A stretch of 64,000 nt of DNA from Escherichia coli (GTDB lineage: Bacteria > Pseudomonadota > Gammaproteobacteria > Enterobacterales > Enterobacteriaceae). This document shows positions 35,393-47,075 of this stretch, piece by piece (the first letter of the stretch is position 1; the number at the start of each line of letters is the position of its first letter). Location of the stretch: NCBI RefSeq assembly GCF_013122565.1, contig NZ_CP053258.1; one strand, given 5' to 3'. The translations under genes and the position numbers were made by a program. The notes beneath the pieces are model-generated. The model did no database searches. It had not been told where the DNA came from and saw nothing but the letters and a program-made list of their open reading frames with translations.

Positions 35393-36583
35393 ATGAGTGT
35401 ACGTTTAGTGTTAGCCAAAGGGCGCGAAAAATCATTACTTCGTCGCCATCCGTGGGTCTTTTCCGGGGCCGTTGCCCGCATGGAAGGTAAAGCCAGCCTC
35501 GGTGAAACCATCGATATTGTTGATCATCAGGGAAAATGGTTAGCACGCGGCGCTTATTCGCCAGCTTCGCAAATCCGGGCGCGCGTCTGGACGTTTGACC
35601 CGTCTGAGTCTATCGACATTGCTTTTTTTTCCCGCCGTTTGCAACAAGCACAAAAATGGCGTGACTGGCTGGCGCAAAAAGATGGCCTCGACAGCTATCG
35701 TTTAATCGCCGGAGAATCTGATGGCCTGCCGGGTATTACTATCGATCGTTTCGGTAATTTTCTGGTGCTGCAACTGCTGAGTGCTGGGGCAGAGTATCAG
35801 CGCGCGGCATTAGTTAGCGCCCTGCAAACGCTTTACCCGGAATGTGCGATTTACGATCGTAGCGATGTTGCGGTACGTAAAAAAGAAGGGATGGAGCTGA
35901 CCCAGGGCCCAGTCACCGGCGAGTTGCCGCCTGCCCTGCTGCCGATTGAAGAACACGGCATGAAGCTGCTGGTGGATATTCAGCACGGACACAAAACGGG
36001 CTACTACCTGGACCAGCGAGACAGCCGCCTGGCTACCCGCCGCTACGTTGAAAATAAACGTGTGCTGAACTGTTTCTCCTATACCGGTGGTTTCGCCGTA
36101 TCGGCACTGATGGGCGGTTGCAGCCAGGTTGTCAGCGTTGATACCTCCCAGGAAGCGCTGGATATTGCACGGCAGAACGTTGAGCTGAACAAACTGGATC
36201 TGAGCAAGGCTGAGTTTGTCCGTGATGATGTCTTTAAATTGCTGCGTACTTATCGCGATCGCGGTGAAAAATTTGACGTTATCGTGATGGACCCGCCGAA
36301 GTTTGTTGAGAATAAAAGCCAGTTGATGGGCGCGTGTCGTGGCTATAAAGATATCAACATGCTGGCGATTCAGTTGCTGAATGAAGGCGGTATTCTCCTG
36401 ACTTTCTCCTGTTCCGGTCTGATGACCAGCGATTTATTTCAGAAAATCATCGCGGATGCCGCAATTGATGCCGGCCGTGATGTACAATTTATAGAGCAGT
36501 TCCGTCAGGCAGCCGATCATCCGGTGATCGCTACCTACCCGGAAGGGCTATATCTGAAAGGGTTTGCCTGTCGCGTCATGTAA
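35393..36583 (+). CDS. rlmI: 23S rRNA m5C1962 methyltransferase RlmI
   Basis: 396 aa [33 protein letters not shown]... Confidence 0.94.
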   Translation: MSVRLVLAKGREKSLLRRHPWVFSGAVARMEGKASLGETIDIVDHQGKWLARGAYSPASQIRARVWTFDPSESIDIAFFSRRLQQAQKWRDWLAQKDGLDSYRLIAGESDGLPGITIDRFGNFLVLQLLSAGAEYQRAALVSALQTLYPECAIYDRSDVAVRKKEGMELTQGPVTGELPPALLPIEEHGMKLLVDIQHGHKTGYYLDQRDSRLATRRYVENKRVLNCFSYTGGFAVSALMGGCSQVVSVDTSQEALDIARQNVELNKLDLSKAEFVRDDVFKLLRTYRDRGEKFDVIVMDPPKFVENKSQLMGACRGYKDINMLAIQLLNEGGILLTFSCSGLMTSDLFQKIIADAAIDAGRDVQFIEQFRQAADHPVIATYPEGLYLKGFACRVM

Positions 36584-36958
<375 letters not shown>

Positions 36959-36971
36959 TCCCTGAACAAAT

Positions 36972-37009
36972 CCCCGGAAGGTTTTTGCCTTCCGGGGATT
37001 TTTTTATTT
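36972..37009. terminator. Intrinsic terminator between convergent hspQ and yccU
   Basis: Perfect 10-bp stem CCCCGGAAGG/CCTTCCGGGG with TTTTTG loop, followed by ATTTTTTTATTT. Confidence 0.7.
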
Positions 37010-37417
37010 GGCCAGGCCCAGGCGAGGGATCTCAATAGCCGGGCAGCGATCCATCACCACATTTAACCCGGCATCCCGTGCCAGTACTGCCGCTTGCTCA
37101 TTAATCACCCCCAGTTGCATCCAGAGGGTTTTCGCGCCAATGGCAATAGCTTCCTGTGCCACGCCCCACGCCGCTTCTGAATTACGGAAAACATCGACCA
37201 TATCGACCTTTTCCGGAACGTCTGCCAGCGTGCCATACCCCTGCTGGCCCAGCAGCGTTTTGCCGGCAACTTTTGGCGAAACCGGAATGACGTGATACCC
37301 CTGGTCGAGTAGATATTTCATCACGCGATAGCTGGGACGATCGGGTTTGTCGCTTGCCCCCACCAGCGCAATGGTGTGAGTGGACGTTAAAATACCTGCA
37401 ATATCGGTTTCTTTCAT
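37004..37417 (-). CDS. yccU: CoA-binding domain protein YccU
   Basis: 137 aa [36 protein letters not shown]... Confidence 0.9.
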   Translation of the reverse strand: MKETDIAGILTSTHTIALVGASDKPDRPSYRVMKYLLDQGYHVIPVSPKVAGKTLLGQQGYGTLADVPEKVDMVDVFRNSEAAWGVAQEAIAIGAKTLWMQLGVINEQAAVLARDAGLNVVMDRCPAIEIPRLGLAK

Positions 37418-37589
37418 TATTTCCTCCAGACTGTTTAACAAAGTGTACGACAAAGCCGACATGCCAACCATGCAGCTAATACGAATGAATGAGAGCAAAA
37501 GCGGGAAATATGTCTATATGTTAGTAAGTATGATTAAAGAAAAATTTTGACACATTATTATTTGGGCGGTCTTTTGACAGGAGCTACCT

Positions 37590-38252
37590 ATGAAAACCGG
37601 CATCGTGACCACCTTGATTGCATTATGTTTGCCGGTATCCGTTTTTGCCACCACGCTGCGGCTTTCAACCGATGTCGATCTTCTGGTACTCGACGGCAAG
37701 AAGGTTTCCAGCTCTCTGCTGCGCGGTGCGGACAGCATTGAACTGGATAATGGACCGCATCAGTTAGTGTTTCGCGTTGAGAAGACGATTCATCTTTCCA
37801 ATAGTGAAGAGCGGCTGTATATCTCCCCACCGCTGGTGGTCAGTTTTAATACCCAGCTCATCAACCAGGTCAATTTTCGCCTGCCTCGCCTGGAGAATGA
37901 GCGGGAAGCTAACCATTTTGATGCCGCGCCGTACCTTGAATTGTTGGATGGCGATGCGACGCCAATTCCGGTAAAGCTGGATATTCTCGCCATTACCTCA
38001 ACGGCAAAAACGATTGATTATGAGGTCGAGGTTGAACGCTATAACAAATCTGCGAAACGCGCTTCACTACCGCAATTTGCCACGATGATGGCAGATGACA
38101 GTACGCTGCTTTCGGGTGTTTCCGAGCTGGATGCTATTCCACCGCAGTCTCAGGTGCTCACAGAACAACGGCTGAAGTATTGGTTTAAACTGGCTGATCC
38201 CCAAACGCGAAATACTTTCCTGCAATGGGCGGAAAAACAACCATCTTCCTGA
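37590..38252 (+). CDS. yccT: Secreted protein YccT (UPF0319/DUF2057)
   Basis: 220 aa [36 protein letters not shown]... signal peptide. Confidence 0.9.
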   Translation: MKTGIVTTLIALCLPVSVFATTLRLSTDVDLLVLDGKKVSSSLLRGADSIELDNGPHQLVFRVEKTIHLSNSEERLYISPPLVVSFNTQLINQVNFRLPRLENEREANHFDAAPYLELLDGDATPIPVKLDILAITSTAKTIDYEVEVERYNKSAKRASLPQFATMMADDSTLLSGVSELDAIPPQSQVLTEQRLKYWFKLADPQTRNTFLQWAEKQPSS

Positions 38253-38347
38253 GATTTTTGTGCCTGTGCGCAGGCTTTTTCGGTCTTTATCTTGCAGCGA
38301 TAAGTGCTTACAGTAATCTGTAGGAAAGTTAACTACGGATGTACATT

Positions 38348-38806
38348 ATGGAACTGACGACTCGCACTTTACCTGCGCGGAAACATATTGCGCTGGTGGC
38401 ACACGATCACTGCAAACAAATGCTGATGAGCTGGGTGGAACGGCATCAACCGTTACTGGAACAACACGTACTGTATGCAACAGGCACTACCGGTAACTTA
38501 ATTTCCCGCGCGACCGGCATGAACGTCAACGCGATGTTGAGTGGCCCAATGGGGGGTGACCAGCAGGTTGGCGCATTGATCTCAGAAGGAAAAATTGATG
38601 TATTGATTTTCTTCTGGGACCCACTAAATGCCGTGCCGCACGATCCTGACGTGAAAGCCTTGCTGCGTCTGGCGACGGTATGGAACATTCCGGTCGCCAC
38701 CAACGTGGCAACGGCAGACTTCATAATCCAGTCGCCGCGTTTCAACGACGCGGTCGATATTCTGATCCCCGATTATCAGCGTTATCTCGCGGACCGTCTG
38801 AAGTAA
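38348..38806 (+). CDS. mgsA: Methylglyoxal synthase
   Basis: 152 aa [36 protein letters not shown]... Confidence 0.95.
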   Translation: MELTTRTLPARKHIALVAHDHCKQMLMSWVERHQPLLEQHVLYATGTTGNLISRATGMNVNAMLSGPMGGDQQVGALISEGKIDVLIFFWDPLNAVPHDPDVKALLRLATVWNIPVATNVATADFIIQSPRFNDAVDILIPDYQRYLADRLK

Positions 38807-38837
38807 TATTGCACAGGTGGCAAACGCCACCTGTTTC

Positions 38838-40892
38838 TTACGGTTTTCTCGCTACCGGCACATCCAGATTTTTCAGTATTTCCACAAAGGGAGAGGGATT
38901 CTCTTTGTTAAACAGTGCCCATACCCGATGGCGTGCCCGGGTCAGCGCCACGTACATTAACCGCCGTTCTTCAGCGTCCGGGAAATCCTCAACCGGTGGC
39001 AGTAGCGCCTCTTCCATAATCGACTCCCGCGCCGCAGCCGGAAAACCATCACTCCCCTCCTGCAAGCCAACGATGATGACGTAATCCGCCTGTTGCCCTT
39101 TGCTGGCATGAATGGTCATAAAGTCGATTTGCAACTTCGGCCAGCGTGTTGCCGCTTTTTCCAGGCTGGCAGGTCTCATGTGATGGTAACGCGCCAGGAT
39201 AAGAATGCGCTCTTCCGGTTTGGCATAACCAGAGAGCTTATCCAGCAAAGCGTCAAGTTGACTCTCATCCAATAACGTGACGGCTTTTTTGTCTCCATTG
39301 GTTAAGCTGTTTAGCGGCTTTTTCAACTGGCCTGGGTTCTGCTGAATAAACCGGTTTGCCACCTCACCGATACGACTGTTAAAACGGTAAGTCGTGTCTA
39401 AATCACAGCGATCGCCTTCACCAAAGTTTTCATGGAAAGCGGTGGTGAGCGACATTTGCGCACCGCTGAATCGGTAAATCGCCTGCCAGTCATCACCAAC
39501 GGCGAACAACGTCGTCTGACTGTTTTGCTTGCGTAATGCCGCTAACAACGCTGCACGCTGCGGCGAGATATCCTGAAATTCATCAACCAGAATATGCTTC
39601 CACGGGCTGATAAAGCGACCTTTCTCCAGAATCACAATCGCCTGGTGAATAAGGCCCGAAAAATCGACAGCGTTTTCTGCCTTCAGCGCACCTTTCCAGG
39701 CTTTTAATAACGGGGCCATCAACTTGATACGTTTACTGAACAGATCGCGAATCTCTTCGGGTGCACTGGCAATCATTTCTGCCTGTGCACCGCCGTGCAT
39801 CCGCATCAGACTTACCCAACGATCGAGGCGTGAGGCAAGACGACGCTGTAATTTTTCATCATCCCAGAAGTTACCTTCTGGCACTGACCACTGCATTTCT
39901 TCCGTCAGCCATTGCCGCCAGCCCTTCGCCTGCGCTTTCTTTTCGCTGCATTGCTTGCGCCACTCAGCAATAAAGAGTTCATGACGGGCAGCGGTATCAT
40001 TTTCCAGTTTGCTGACTATCGGAACTTTTTTGCTGCCCTGCTGAATAATATGCAGCGCCAGCGCATGAAACGTGCGTGCGGTAATGTCTTCAGTATGTAG
40101 CCGTTCGCGAATACGCTCGTCCATCTCTTCAGCGGCTTTGCGACCAAACGCCAGCAATAAAATTTGCTCAGGGGACGCTTCACCACGCGCCAGCAACCAG
40201 CCTGCACGGGCCACCAGCACCGACGTTTTTCCGCTTCCTGCACCTGCCAGCACTAACAGAGAATGCTCGCCATTAACGACTGCCCGGGCCTGCGCCGGAT
40301 TCAGCGGTGAAGACTCGACCTGGCGGAAAAAATCCGCATACTCGGTAAGCATGGCTTCGGTATACGCCTGGTTATGCTGCAACCGAGCGCTTTCAATATC
40401 TTTCAACCAGGCCTGACATTTACGCCACGCCTCACGGCAGTTATCGAATTCTTCCAGTCGGTTAACCGGCAACGGCAACGCCGACATAGCCTGGCGGATT
40501 TGTTGCTGAACGCCAGAGGTTTGCTCACGCGTCAGCCATTTATTTTCTCCAGTGTGCGTGGCAATCAAATCCAGTTGCTGGCGTAAAACACCAGACGCAA
40601 TTTCGCTCATCTCGCCACTCCACCGCCGCCAGTGAGCATCAAGATGATGGTAAAAACGCTGCGTCTCGCCCCATTCGGTGCCGTGCAGACGCACCACTTT
40701 TTCATCCGGCAGTACAAACTCCAGTTCGCCCCATACCAGACCACGCTTACAGTGAATCGCCAGTAATTGATTGAAAGGAATAAGGTATTCGTGGCGATCG
40801 CCGGAGACTTTAATCCCGGCATTGAGGATCACCGCCCGATCATAAGGGTGCTGTGCCAGACGTTTTCCAAGCGTTGTCGCTTTCAGTTCCAT
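38838..40892 (-). CDS. helD: DNA helicase IV (UvrD-like)
   Basis: 684 aa MELKATTLGKRLAQHPYDRAVILNAGIKV...; Walker A GAGSGKTSV. Confidence 0.94.
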   Translation of the reverse strand: MELKATTLGKRLAQHPYDRAVILNAGIKVSGDRHEYLIPFNQLLAIHCKRGLVWGELEFVLPDEKVVRLHGTEWGETQRFYHHLDAHWRRWSGEMSEIASGVLRQQLDLIATHTGENKWLTREQTSGVQQQIRQAMSALPLPVNRLEEFDNCREAWRKCQAWLKDIESARLQHNQAYTEAMLTEYADFFRQVESSPLNPAQARAVVNGEHSLLVLAGAGSGKTSVLVARAGWLLARGEASPEQILLLAFGRKAAEEMDERIRERLHTEDITARTFHALALHIIQQGSKKVPIVSKLENDTAARHELFIAEWRKQCSEKKAQAKGWRQWLTEEMQWSVPEGNFWDDEKLQRRLASRLDRWVSLMRMHGGAQAEMIASAPEEIRDLFSKRIKLMAPLLKAWKGALKAENAVDFSGLIHQAIVILEKGRFISPWKHILVDEFQDISPQRAALLAALRKQNSQTTLFAVGDDWQAIYRFSGAQMSLTTAFHENFGEGDRCDLDTTYRFNSRIGEVANRFIQQNPGQLKKPLNSLTNGDKKAVTLLDESQLDALLDKLSGYAKPEERILILARYHHMRPASLEKAATRWPKLQIDFMTIHASKGQQADYVIIVGLQEGSDGFPAAARESIMEEALLPPVEDFPDAEERRLMYVALTRARHRVWALFNKENPSPFVEILKNLDVPVARKP

Positions 40893-41014
40893 GACTCTGT
40901 AGATCCACACGAAATTATTTCTTATCAGTGTAACCGTCAGAGAAAACGTGCTCCAGCCCAAAAAAACGTTACAATTGCCGCCCATTACTGAAAACCACAG
41001 TAAAGCGAGGTTTT

Positions 41015-41461
41015 ATGCGTACCGTTTTGAACATTCTGAACTTTGTGCTTGGCGGATTTGCCACCACTCTGGGCTGGCTGTTGGCGACTCTGGTCAGTAT
41101 TATGCTGATTTTTACCTTACCGCTGACACGATCCTGCTGGGAGATCACTAAACTGTCTCTGGTGCCTTATGGCAATGAAGCTATTCATGTCGATGAACTG
41201 AACCCGGCTGGCAAAAATGTGCTGCTGAATACTGGCGGTACGGTATTGAATATTTTCTGGCTGATTTTCTTTGGCTGGTGGTTATGCCTGATGCACATTG
41301 CAACGGGCATCGCACAATGTATTTCCATCATTGGCATTCCTGTCGGCATTGCGAACTTTAAAATTGCCGCTATTGCACTATGGCCGGTCGGTCGTCGCGT
41401 GGTATCGGTAGAAACAGCGCAAGCTGCGCGTGAAGCCAATGCACGTCGTCGTTTTGAATAA
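41015..41461 (+). CDS. yccF: Inner membrane protein YccF
   Basis: 148 aa MRTVLNILNFVLGGFATTLGWLLATLVSIMLIF... Confidence 0.9.
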   Translation: MRTVLNILNFVLGGFATTLGWLLATLVSIMLIFTLPLTRSCWEITKLSLVPYGNEAIHVDELNPAGKNVLLNTGGTVLNIFWLIFFGWWLCLMHIATGIAQCISIIGIPVGIANFKIAAIALWPVGRRVVSVETAQAAREANARRRFE

Positions 41462-41479
41462 TCCACTAATATGGCCTTT

Positions 41480-43633
41480 ATGCTAAGTCCTTTGCTCAAA
41501 CGCTATACCTGGAACAGCGCCTGGCTGTATTACGCGCGTATTTTTATTGCGCTTTGTGGAACCACAGCGTTTCCGTGGTGGCTGGGTGATGTAAAACTGA
41601 CGATTCCGCTGACGCTGGGGATGGTGGCAGCGGCGCTGACCGATCTCGATGACCGACTGGCGGGACGTTTGCGTAACCTCATCATTACGCTGTTCTGCTT
41701 TTTTATCGCCTCGGCCTCAGTAGAATTGCTGTTTCCCTGGCCCTGGCTATTTGCGATTGGCTTAACGCTCTCTACCAGCGGCTTCATTTTGCTCGGCGGT
41801 CTGGGTCAACGCTATGCAACAATTGCCTTCGGTGCATTGCTGATCGCCATTTACACTATGTTGGGAACATCACTGTATGAGCACTGGTATCAGCAGCCGA
41901 TGTATCTGCTGGCCGGTGCCGTCTGGTACAACGTCCTGACACTTATTGGTCATCTGCTGTTCCCGGTCCGCCCGCTGCAGGACAACCTGGCGCGTTGCTA
42001 TGAACAACTGGCGCGTTATCTTGAGCTCAAGTCGCGCATGTTTGATCCTGATATTGAAGATGAAAGCCAGGCACCGCTGTACGATTTGGCTCTCGCCAAC
42101 GGTCAGCTGATGGCGACATTGAATCAGACGAAACTCTCGCTGCTGACCCGCTTACGTGGCGATCGTGGTCAACGGGGAACGCGTCGCACGCTGCATTATT
42201 ACTTTGTCGCACAGGATATTCACGAGCGTGCCAGCTCTTCTCATATTCAGTATCAAACATTGCGTGAACATTTTCGCCACAGCGACGTGCTGTTCCGTTT
42301 TCAGCGGCTGATGTCGATGCAGGGCCAGGCGTGCCAGCAACTGTCACGCTGTATTTTGCTGCGTCAGCCTTATCAACATGATCCGCATTTTGAGCGCGCT
42401 TTTACGCATATTGATGCTGCCCTGGAGCGGATGCGCGATAACGGCGCGCCTGCCGATTTACTCAAAACACTGGGATTTTTGCTGAACAATTTACGCGCCA
42501 TTGATGCCCAACTGGCAACAATTGAATCAGAACAGGCCCAGGCACTGCCCCATAATAATGACGAAAATGAGCTCGCTGATGACAGCCCGCACGGATTGAG
42601 TGATATCTGGCTGCGTCTTAGCCGTCACTTCACGCCGGAATCCGCCCTCTTCCGTCATGCGGTAAGAATGTCGCTGGTGTTGTGCTTCGGCTACGCCATC
42701 ATTCAAATAACCGGAATGCATCACGGGTATTGGATCTTGCTGACAAGTTTGTTTGTCTGCCAGCCAAACTATAACGCCACGCGCCACCGCCTGAAGTTAA
42801 GGATTATTGGTACGCTGGTAGGTATCGCCATTGGCATTCCTGTGCTGTGGTTTGTACCGTCACTGGAAGGGCAGCTGGTGCTACTGGTTATTACCGGCGT
42901 GCTCTTTTTTGCCTTCCGTAACGTGCAATATGCCCATGCAACGATGTTCATCACACTTTTGGTGCTACTGTGTTTTAACTTGCTGGGTGAAGGTTTTGAA
43001 GTAGCGTTACCTCGCGTAATCGATACGCTGATTGGTTGTGCCATTGCGTGGGCGGCAGTGAGCTACATCTGGCCTGACTGGAAGTTTCGCAATCTGCCGC
43101 GCATGCTCGAACGCGCCACAGAGGCCAACTGTCGCTATCTCGATGCCATACTGGAGCAATACCATCAGGGGCGTGATAACCGTCTGGCGTATCGTATTGC
43201 CCGCCGCGATGCACACAACCGTGATGCTGAACTGGCGTCGGTGGTATCAAATATGTCCAGCGAACCGAACGTTACCCCGCAAATTCGCGAAGCCGCGTTT
43301 CGGTTGCTGTGCCTTAACCATACGTTTACCAGCTATATCTCAGCCCTCGGTGCTCACCGGGAGCAGTTAACTAATCCTGAAATTCTGGCGTTTCTTGATG
43401 ACGCAGTTTGCTATGTTGATGACGCGTTACATCATCAACCTGCTGATGAAGAACGCGTCAATCAGGCATTAGCTGGCCTGAAACAGCGGATGCAGCAACT
43501 TGAACCACGGGCAGACAGCAAAGAACCTCTGGTCGTACAACAAGTTGGGTTATTGATTGCATTACTGCCAGAGATTGGTCGTCTGCAACGCCAGATTACT
43601 CAAGTTCCGCAGGAAACTCCTGTTTCGGCGTAA
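41480..43633 (+). CDS. yccS: Large inner membrane protein YccS (YccS/YhfK family)
   Basis: MLSPLLKRYTWNSAWLYYARIFIALCGTTAFPWW...; alternative ATG at 41471. Confidence 0.88.
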   Translation: MLSPLLKRYTWNSAWLYYARIFIALCGTTAFPWWLGDVKLTIPLTLGMVAAALTDLDDRLAGRLRNLIITLFCFFIASASVELLFPWPWLFAIGLTLSTSGFILLGGLGQRYATIAFGALLIAIYTMLGTSLYEHWYQQPMYLLAGAVWYNVLTLIGHLLFPVRPLQDNLARCYEQLARYLELKSRMFDPDIEDESQAPLYDLALANGQLMATLNQTKLSLLTRLRGDRGQRGTRRTLHYYFVAQDIHERASSSHIQYQTLREHFRHSDVLFRFQRLMSMQGQACQQLSRCILLRQPYQHDPHFERAFTHIDAALERMRDNGAPADLLKTLGFLLNNLRAIDAQLATIESEQAQALPHNNDENELADDSPHGLSDIWLRLSRHFTPESALFRHAVRMSLVLCFGYAIIQITGMHHGYWILLTSLFVCQPNYNATRHRLKLRIIGTLVGIAIGIPVLWFVPSLEGQLVLLVITGVLFFAFRNVQYAHATMFITLLVLLCFNLLGEGFEVALPRVIDTLIGCAIAWAAVSYIWPDWKFRNLPRMLERATEANCRYLDAILEQYHQGRDNRLAYRIARRDAHNRDAELASVVSNMSSEPNVTPQIREAAFRLLCLNHTFTSYISALGAHREQLTNPEILAFLDDAVCYVDDALHHQPADEERVNQALAGLKQRMQQLEPRADSKEPLVVQQVGLLIALLPEIGRLQRQITQVPQETPVSA

Positions 43634-44225
43634 GAGAGTCAGCCCATTCTGCAAGCTCCTGGCGGCGTGCCACCGGGAGCGCAGCTTCATGAATACCGAT
43701 AATGGCACCTTCAAGCATAAACAGAATCTTTTCTGTCACCAGACTGTTTTGCTGCCGCAGTCGCAACCAACACATTTTTGCCCCAAGTATACGTAACGCC
43801 CGTACATCCTTAATCCCCACCTCCCCGAGAATCGCTTCCAGATGAAAAGACATATTGGGCAAATCTTTCAGTCTTTCCCGGGTATTGCGCGTGCTTTTCT
43901 CTTTCAGCGCTGCATCGAGAGAATATTTCGACAGACGCACCAGCTTCAGTTGATTTCGCCATAGACTTTCATCAACCCGATAGTAATTGAGGGTAACGGA
44001 TCGGCCACACTTTTTATATGTCAGCCAGACAGGCGGATGTTTTACACAGTACTGTGCACTTTGCTCACAAGCCCGAAGATACAACTCACCATCAGAAACC
44101 ATCGCAAACACCGTGTCGTCAACGGTCAGGCTGTAACTGCCAAACAATGATCGGTATTCAATTGTGCCCAACGTTGCCAGGTATTCTTGTGATTTATAGA
44201 TCCGCTTATAGGAGAGGCTTTTCAT
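43596..44225 (-). CDS. sxy: Competence regulator Sxy/TfoX
   Basis: 209 aa MKSLSYKRIYKSQEYLATLGTIEYRSLFGSYSL...; 3' end overlaps yccS 3' end by 38 nt. Confidence 0.93.
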   Translation of the reverse strand: MKSLSYKRIYKSQEYLATLGTIEYRSLFGSYSLTVDDTVFAMVSDGELYLRACEQSAQYCVKHPPVWLTYKKCGRSVTLNYYRVDESLWRNQLKLVRLSKYSLDAALKEKSTRNTRERLKDLPNMSFHLEAILGEVGIKDVRALRILGAKMCWLRLRQQNSLVTEKILFMLEGAIIGIHEAALPVARRQELAEWADSLTPKQEFPAELE

Positions 44226-44401
44226 AAAATTCCTTTTAAAATCATAACATAAAAGAATGATTCACATTAACGGATCCGTTAACTACGAAAATAGGCAACT
44301 TATTCTTAAGGGGCAAGATTAATTTATGTTTTCCCGTCACCAACGACAAAATTTGCGAGGCTCTTTCCGAAAATAGGGTTGATCTTTGTTGTCACTGGAT
44401 G

Positions 44402-44421
44402 TACTGTACATCCATACAGTA
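44402..44421 (+). promoter_or_regulatory. LexA box (SOS operator) of sulA
   Basis: TACTGTACATCCATACAGTA (CTGT-N8-ACAG) 23 nt upstream of sulA ATG. Confidence 0.85.
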
Positions 44422-44443
44422 ACTCACAGGGGCTGGATTGATT

Positions 44444-44953
44444 ATGTACACTTCAGGCTATGCACATCGTTCTTCGTCGTTCTCATCCGCAGCAAGTAAA
44501 ATTGCGCGTGTCTCTACGGAAAACACTACAGCCGGGCTTATCAGTGAAGTTGTCTATCGCGAAGATCAGCCCATGATGACGCAACTTCTTCTGTTGCCAT
44601 TGTTACAGCAACTCGGTCAGCAATCGCGCTGGCAACTCTGGTTAACACCGCAACAAAAACTGAGTCGGGAATGGGTTCAGGCATCTGGGCTACCCTTAAC
44701 GAAAGTAATGCAGATGAGCCAGCTCTCCCCTTGCCACACCGTGGAATCAATGGTTCGCGCTTTACGCACGGGCAATTACAGTGTGGTGATCGGTTGGTTG
44801 GCAGATGATTTGACTGAAGAAGAGCATGCTGAACTTGTTGATGCGGCAAATGAAGGTAACGCTATGGGGTTTATTATGCGTCCGGTAAGCGCTTCCTCTC
44901 ACGCAACGAGACAACTTTCCGGGCTAAAAATTCACTCTAATTTGTATCATTAA
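44444..44953 (+). CDS. sulA: SOS cell division inhibitor SulA
   Basis: 169 aa [37 protein letters not shown]... Confidence 0.95.
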   Translation: MYTSGYAHRSSSFSSAASKIARVSTENTTAGLISEVVYREDQPMMTQLLLLPLLQQLGQQSRWQLWLTPQQKLSREWVQASGLPLTKVMQMSQLSPCHTVESMVRALRTGNYSVVIGWLADDLTEEEHAELVDAANEGNAMGFIMRPVSASSHATRQLSGLKIHSNLYH

Positions 44954-45141
44954 GTAAATTTAGGATTAATCCTGGAACTTTTTTTGTCGCCCAGCCAATG
45001 CTTTCAGTCGTGACTAATTTTCCTTGCGGAGGCTTGTCTGAAGCGGTTTCCGCGTTTTTTTTCTGTAAATTGTCGCTGACAAAAAAGATTAAACGTACCT
45101 TATACAAGACTTTTTTTTCATATGCCTGACGGAGTTCACAC

Positions 45142-45309
45142 TTGTAAGTTTTCAACTACGTTGTAGACTTTACATCGCCAGGGGTGCTCGGCATAAGCCG
45201 AAGATATCGGTAGAGTTAATATTGAGCAGATCCCCCGGTGAAGGATTTAACCGTGTTATCTCGTTGGAGATATTCATGGCGTATTTTGGATGATAACGAG
45301 GCGCAAAAA
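45142..45309 (+). promoter_or_regulatory. ompA promoter (TTGTAA-16-TAGACT) and 133-nt 5' UTR
   Basis: Leader beginning GCCAGGGGTGCTCGGCATAAGCC at 45177 matches the remembered ompA 5' UTR; hexamers at 45142-45147 and 45164-45169. Confidence 0.7.
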
Positions 45310-46362
45310 ATGAAAAAGACAGCTATCGCGATTGCAGTGGCACTGGCTGGTTTCGCTACCGTAGCGCAGGCCGCTCCGAAAGATAACACCTGGTACACTG
45401 GTGCTAAACTGGGCTGGTCCCAGTACCATGACACTGGTTTTATTCCTAACAATGGTCCGACCCACGAAAACCAACTGGGTGCAGGTGCTTTTGGTGGTTA
45501 CCAGGTTAACCCGTATGTTGGTTTTGAAATGGGTTACGACTGGTTAGGTCGTATGCCGTACAAAGGCGACAACATCAACGGTGCATACAAAGCTCAGGGC
45601 GTTCAACTGACCGCTAAACTGGGTTACCCAATCACTGACGATCTGGACGTATACACTCGTCTGGGTGGTATGGTATGGCGTGCAGACACCAAGTCTAACG
45701 TACCTGGTGGCGCATCCACTAAAGACCACGACACCGGCGTTTCTCCGGTCTTCGCTGGCGGTGTTGAGTACGCGATCACTCCTGAAATCGCTACCCGTCT
45801 GGAATACCAGTGGACCAACAACATCGGTGACGCACACACCATCGGCACTCGTCCGGACAACGGCCTGCTGAGCTTGGGTGTTTCCTACCGTTTCGGTCAG
45901 GGCGAAGCAGCTCCAGTAGTTGCTCCGGCTCCAGCTCCGGCACCGGAAGTACAGACCAAGCACTTCACTCTGAAGTCTGACGTTCTGTTTAACTTCAACA
46001 AAGCAACCCTGAAACCGGAAGGTCAGGCTGCTCTGGATCAGCTGTACAGCCAGCTGAGCAACCTGGATCCGAAAGACGGTTCCGTAGTTGTTCTGGGTTA
46101 CACCGACCGCATCGGTTCTGACGCTTACAACCAGGGTCTGTCCGAGCGCCGTGCTCAGTCTGTTGTTGATTACCTGATCTCCAAAGGTATCCCGGCAGAC
46201 AAGATCTCCGCACGTGGTATGGGCGAATCCAACCCGGTTACTGGCAACACCTGTGACAACGTGAAACAGCGTGCTGCACTGATCGACTGCCTGGCTCCGG
46301 ATCGTCGCGTAGAGATCGAAGTTAAAGGTATCAAAGACGTTGTAACTCAGCCGCAGGCTTAA
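45310..46362 (+). CDS. ompA: Outer membrane protein A (variant surface-loop allele)
   Basis: [44 protein letters not shown]...; APAPAPAP linker and OmpA-like C-domain. Confidence 0.95.
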   Translation: MKKTAIAIAVALAGFATVAQAAPKDNTWYTGAKLGWSQYHDTGFIPNNGPTHENQLGAGAFGGYQVNPYVGFEMGYDWLGRMPYKGDNINGAYKAQGVQLTAKLGYPITDDLDVYTRLGGMVWRADTKSNVPGGASTKDHDTGVSPVFAGGVEYAITPEIATRLEYQWTNNIGDAHTIGTRPDNGLLSLGVSYRFGQGEAAPVVAPAPAPAPEVQTKHFTLKSDVLFNFNKATLKPEGQAALDQLYSQLSNLDPKDGSVVVLGYTDRIGSDAYNQGLSERRAQSVVDYLISKGIPADKISARGMGESNPVTGNTCDNVKQRAALIDCLAPDRRVEIEVKGIKDVVTQPQA

Positions 46363-46380
46363 GTTCTCGTCTGGTAGAAA

Positions 46381-46406
46381 AACCCCGCTGCTGCGGGGTT
46401 TTTTTT
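46381..46406. terminator. Bidirectional intrinsic terminator between ompA and matP
   Basis: AACCCCGC-TGCT-GCGGGGTT hairpin flanked by A-run upstream and T-run downstream. Confidence 0.7.
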
Positions 46407-46437
46407 GCCTTTAGTAAATTGAACTGACTTTCGTCAG

Positions 46438-46890
46438 TTATTCCTTACCCAGCAATGCCTGCAGATCCTGCTTCAGAGAAGACATTTTATTCGCGTATTT
46501 CTCTTTGTTTTCCGCATCTTCAATCAGCTGAACAATCGTTTCAGAAAGCGTTTTACCGCGACGCTGCGCAAGACCAGCCAGACGTTGCCAGACAATAAAT
46601 TCCAGATCGATCGATTTTTTGCGCGTATGCTGGTGTTCCGCATTAAAATGGCGCTTCCGTCTGGCCCGAATGGTTTGCTTCATGCGATTGACCAGTTCCG
46701 GATTCATATGCTTGTCAATCCAGCCATTTACCAGCACGGGTTCATTTTCCAGCGAGAGCAACACATCGACGGCTTCCTGGGCGGCACTGGCTTCTATGTA
46801 ACGGGTGATTAACTCCCCTTCGCGGTGCTTCTTCACCAGATACTTCCATTTCCAACCGCTTTCAAGATTTTCAAGTTGTTGATATTTCAT
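46438..46890 (-). CDS. matP: Macrodomain Ter protein MatP
   Basis: 150 aa [35 protein letters not shown]... Confidence 0.94.
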
Positions 46891-47075
46891 AGCGATCTCA
46901 ATGTTACCGTGTAACTCTTTACAGAATATCAGCTTTTTAGGCCAGTGAAGAAAAGAATCTCCATCCTGTGAGCTTTAACGCTCATGCGAGGAGTATTGTC
47001 GGTGCTTTCTACGTGTGCTGTAGTGCCGGTTACGGTATAATCGCGGCTTTGACAACAGACTAAAAAACATCAACT

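Noticed and set aside
44961-44990. Palindrome AGGATTAATCCT plus T-run after sulA as a terminator
   Set aside because: Stem is short, AT-rich and leaves essentially no loop; too weak to call confidently.
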